From Sandaracinaceae bacterium (lineage in GTDB: Bacteria; Myxococcota_A; Polyangia; Polyangiales; Sandaracinaceae): a stretch of DNA of 15,225 nucleotides. The notes under the pieces are model-generated. The model was not told the DNA's origin and did not search any database. It saw nothing but the letters and a program-made list of their open reading frames with translations. Positions within the stretch are counted from its first letter, which is position 1. Each line of letters opens with the position of its first letter. The position numbers and the translations under genes were made by a program. This document shows positions 15,225 to 15,225 of the stretch, piece by piece. The stretch covers positions 1 to 15,225 of the forward strand of contig JBGAQA010000135.1 in NCBI GenBank assembly GCA_044220955.1. The letters are read 5' to 3'.

Positions 15225-15225
15225 C

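Noticed and set aside
1..15225. CRISPR array, tRNA/rRNA, IS/integrase, defence-type kinase system
   Set aside because: No spaced direct repeats, RNA gene signatures, transposase or nuclease motifs were seen. The kinases sit in a signalling context.

Overview
Very GC-rich bacterial DNA. The gene content (three Hanks-type Ser/Thr kinases, an FHA-domain sigma54 activator, a lipoprotein with a DGG/DA-rich linker) suggests Myxococcota, probably Polyangiales-like; this is inference. Left to right: partial yqgE/algH (-), GT-C-like membrane glycosyltransferase (-), tail-anchored Ser/Thr kinase (+), uncharacterised lipoprotein (-), an ~8.3 kb signalling cluster, and a large EF-hand-like membrane protein (+) that the ORF track misses because it has no stop in the window. 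The cluster holds a GAF-3xPAS hybrid histidine kinase with two receivers and a FixL-like haem-PAS, a single-domain response regulator, an FHA-AAA+-Fis sigma54 activator, and two divergent paralogous Ser/Thr kinase-receiver fusions flanking a stand-alone Hpt. It looks like a His-Asp phosphorelay wired into Ser/Thr phosphorylation and then sigma54 transcription, and sigma54-like promoters lie in the window. The last ~230 bp switch at a 9-bp tandem repeat to an unrelated acidic minus-strand frame, probably a chimeric contig end. No rRNA, tRNA, CRISPR array or mobile element was seen.
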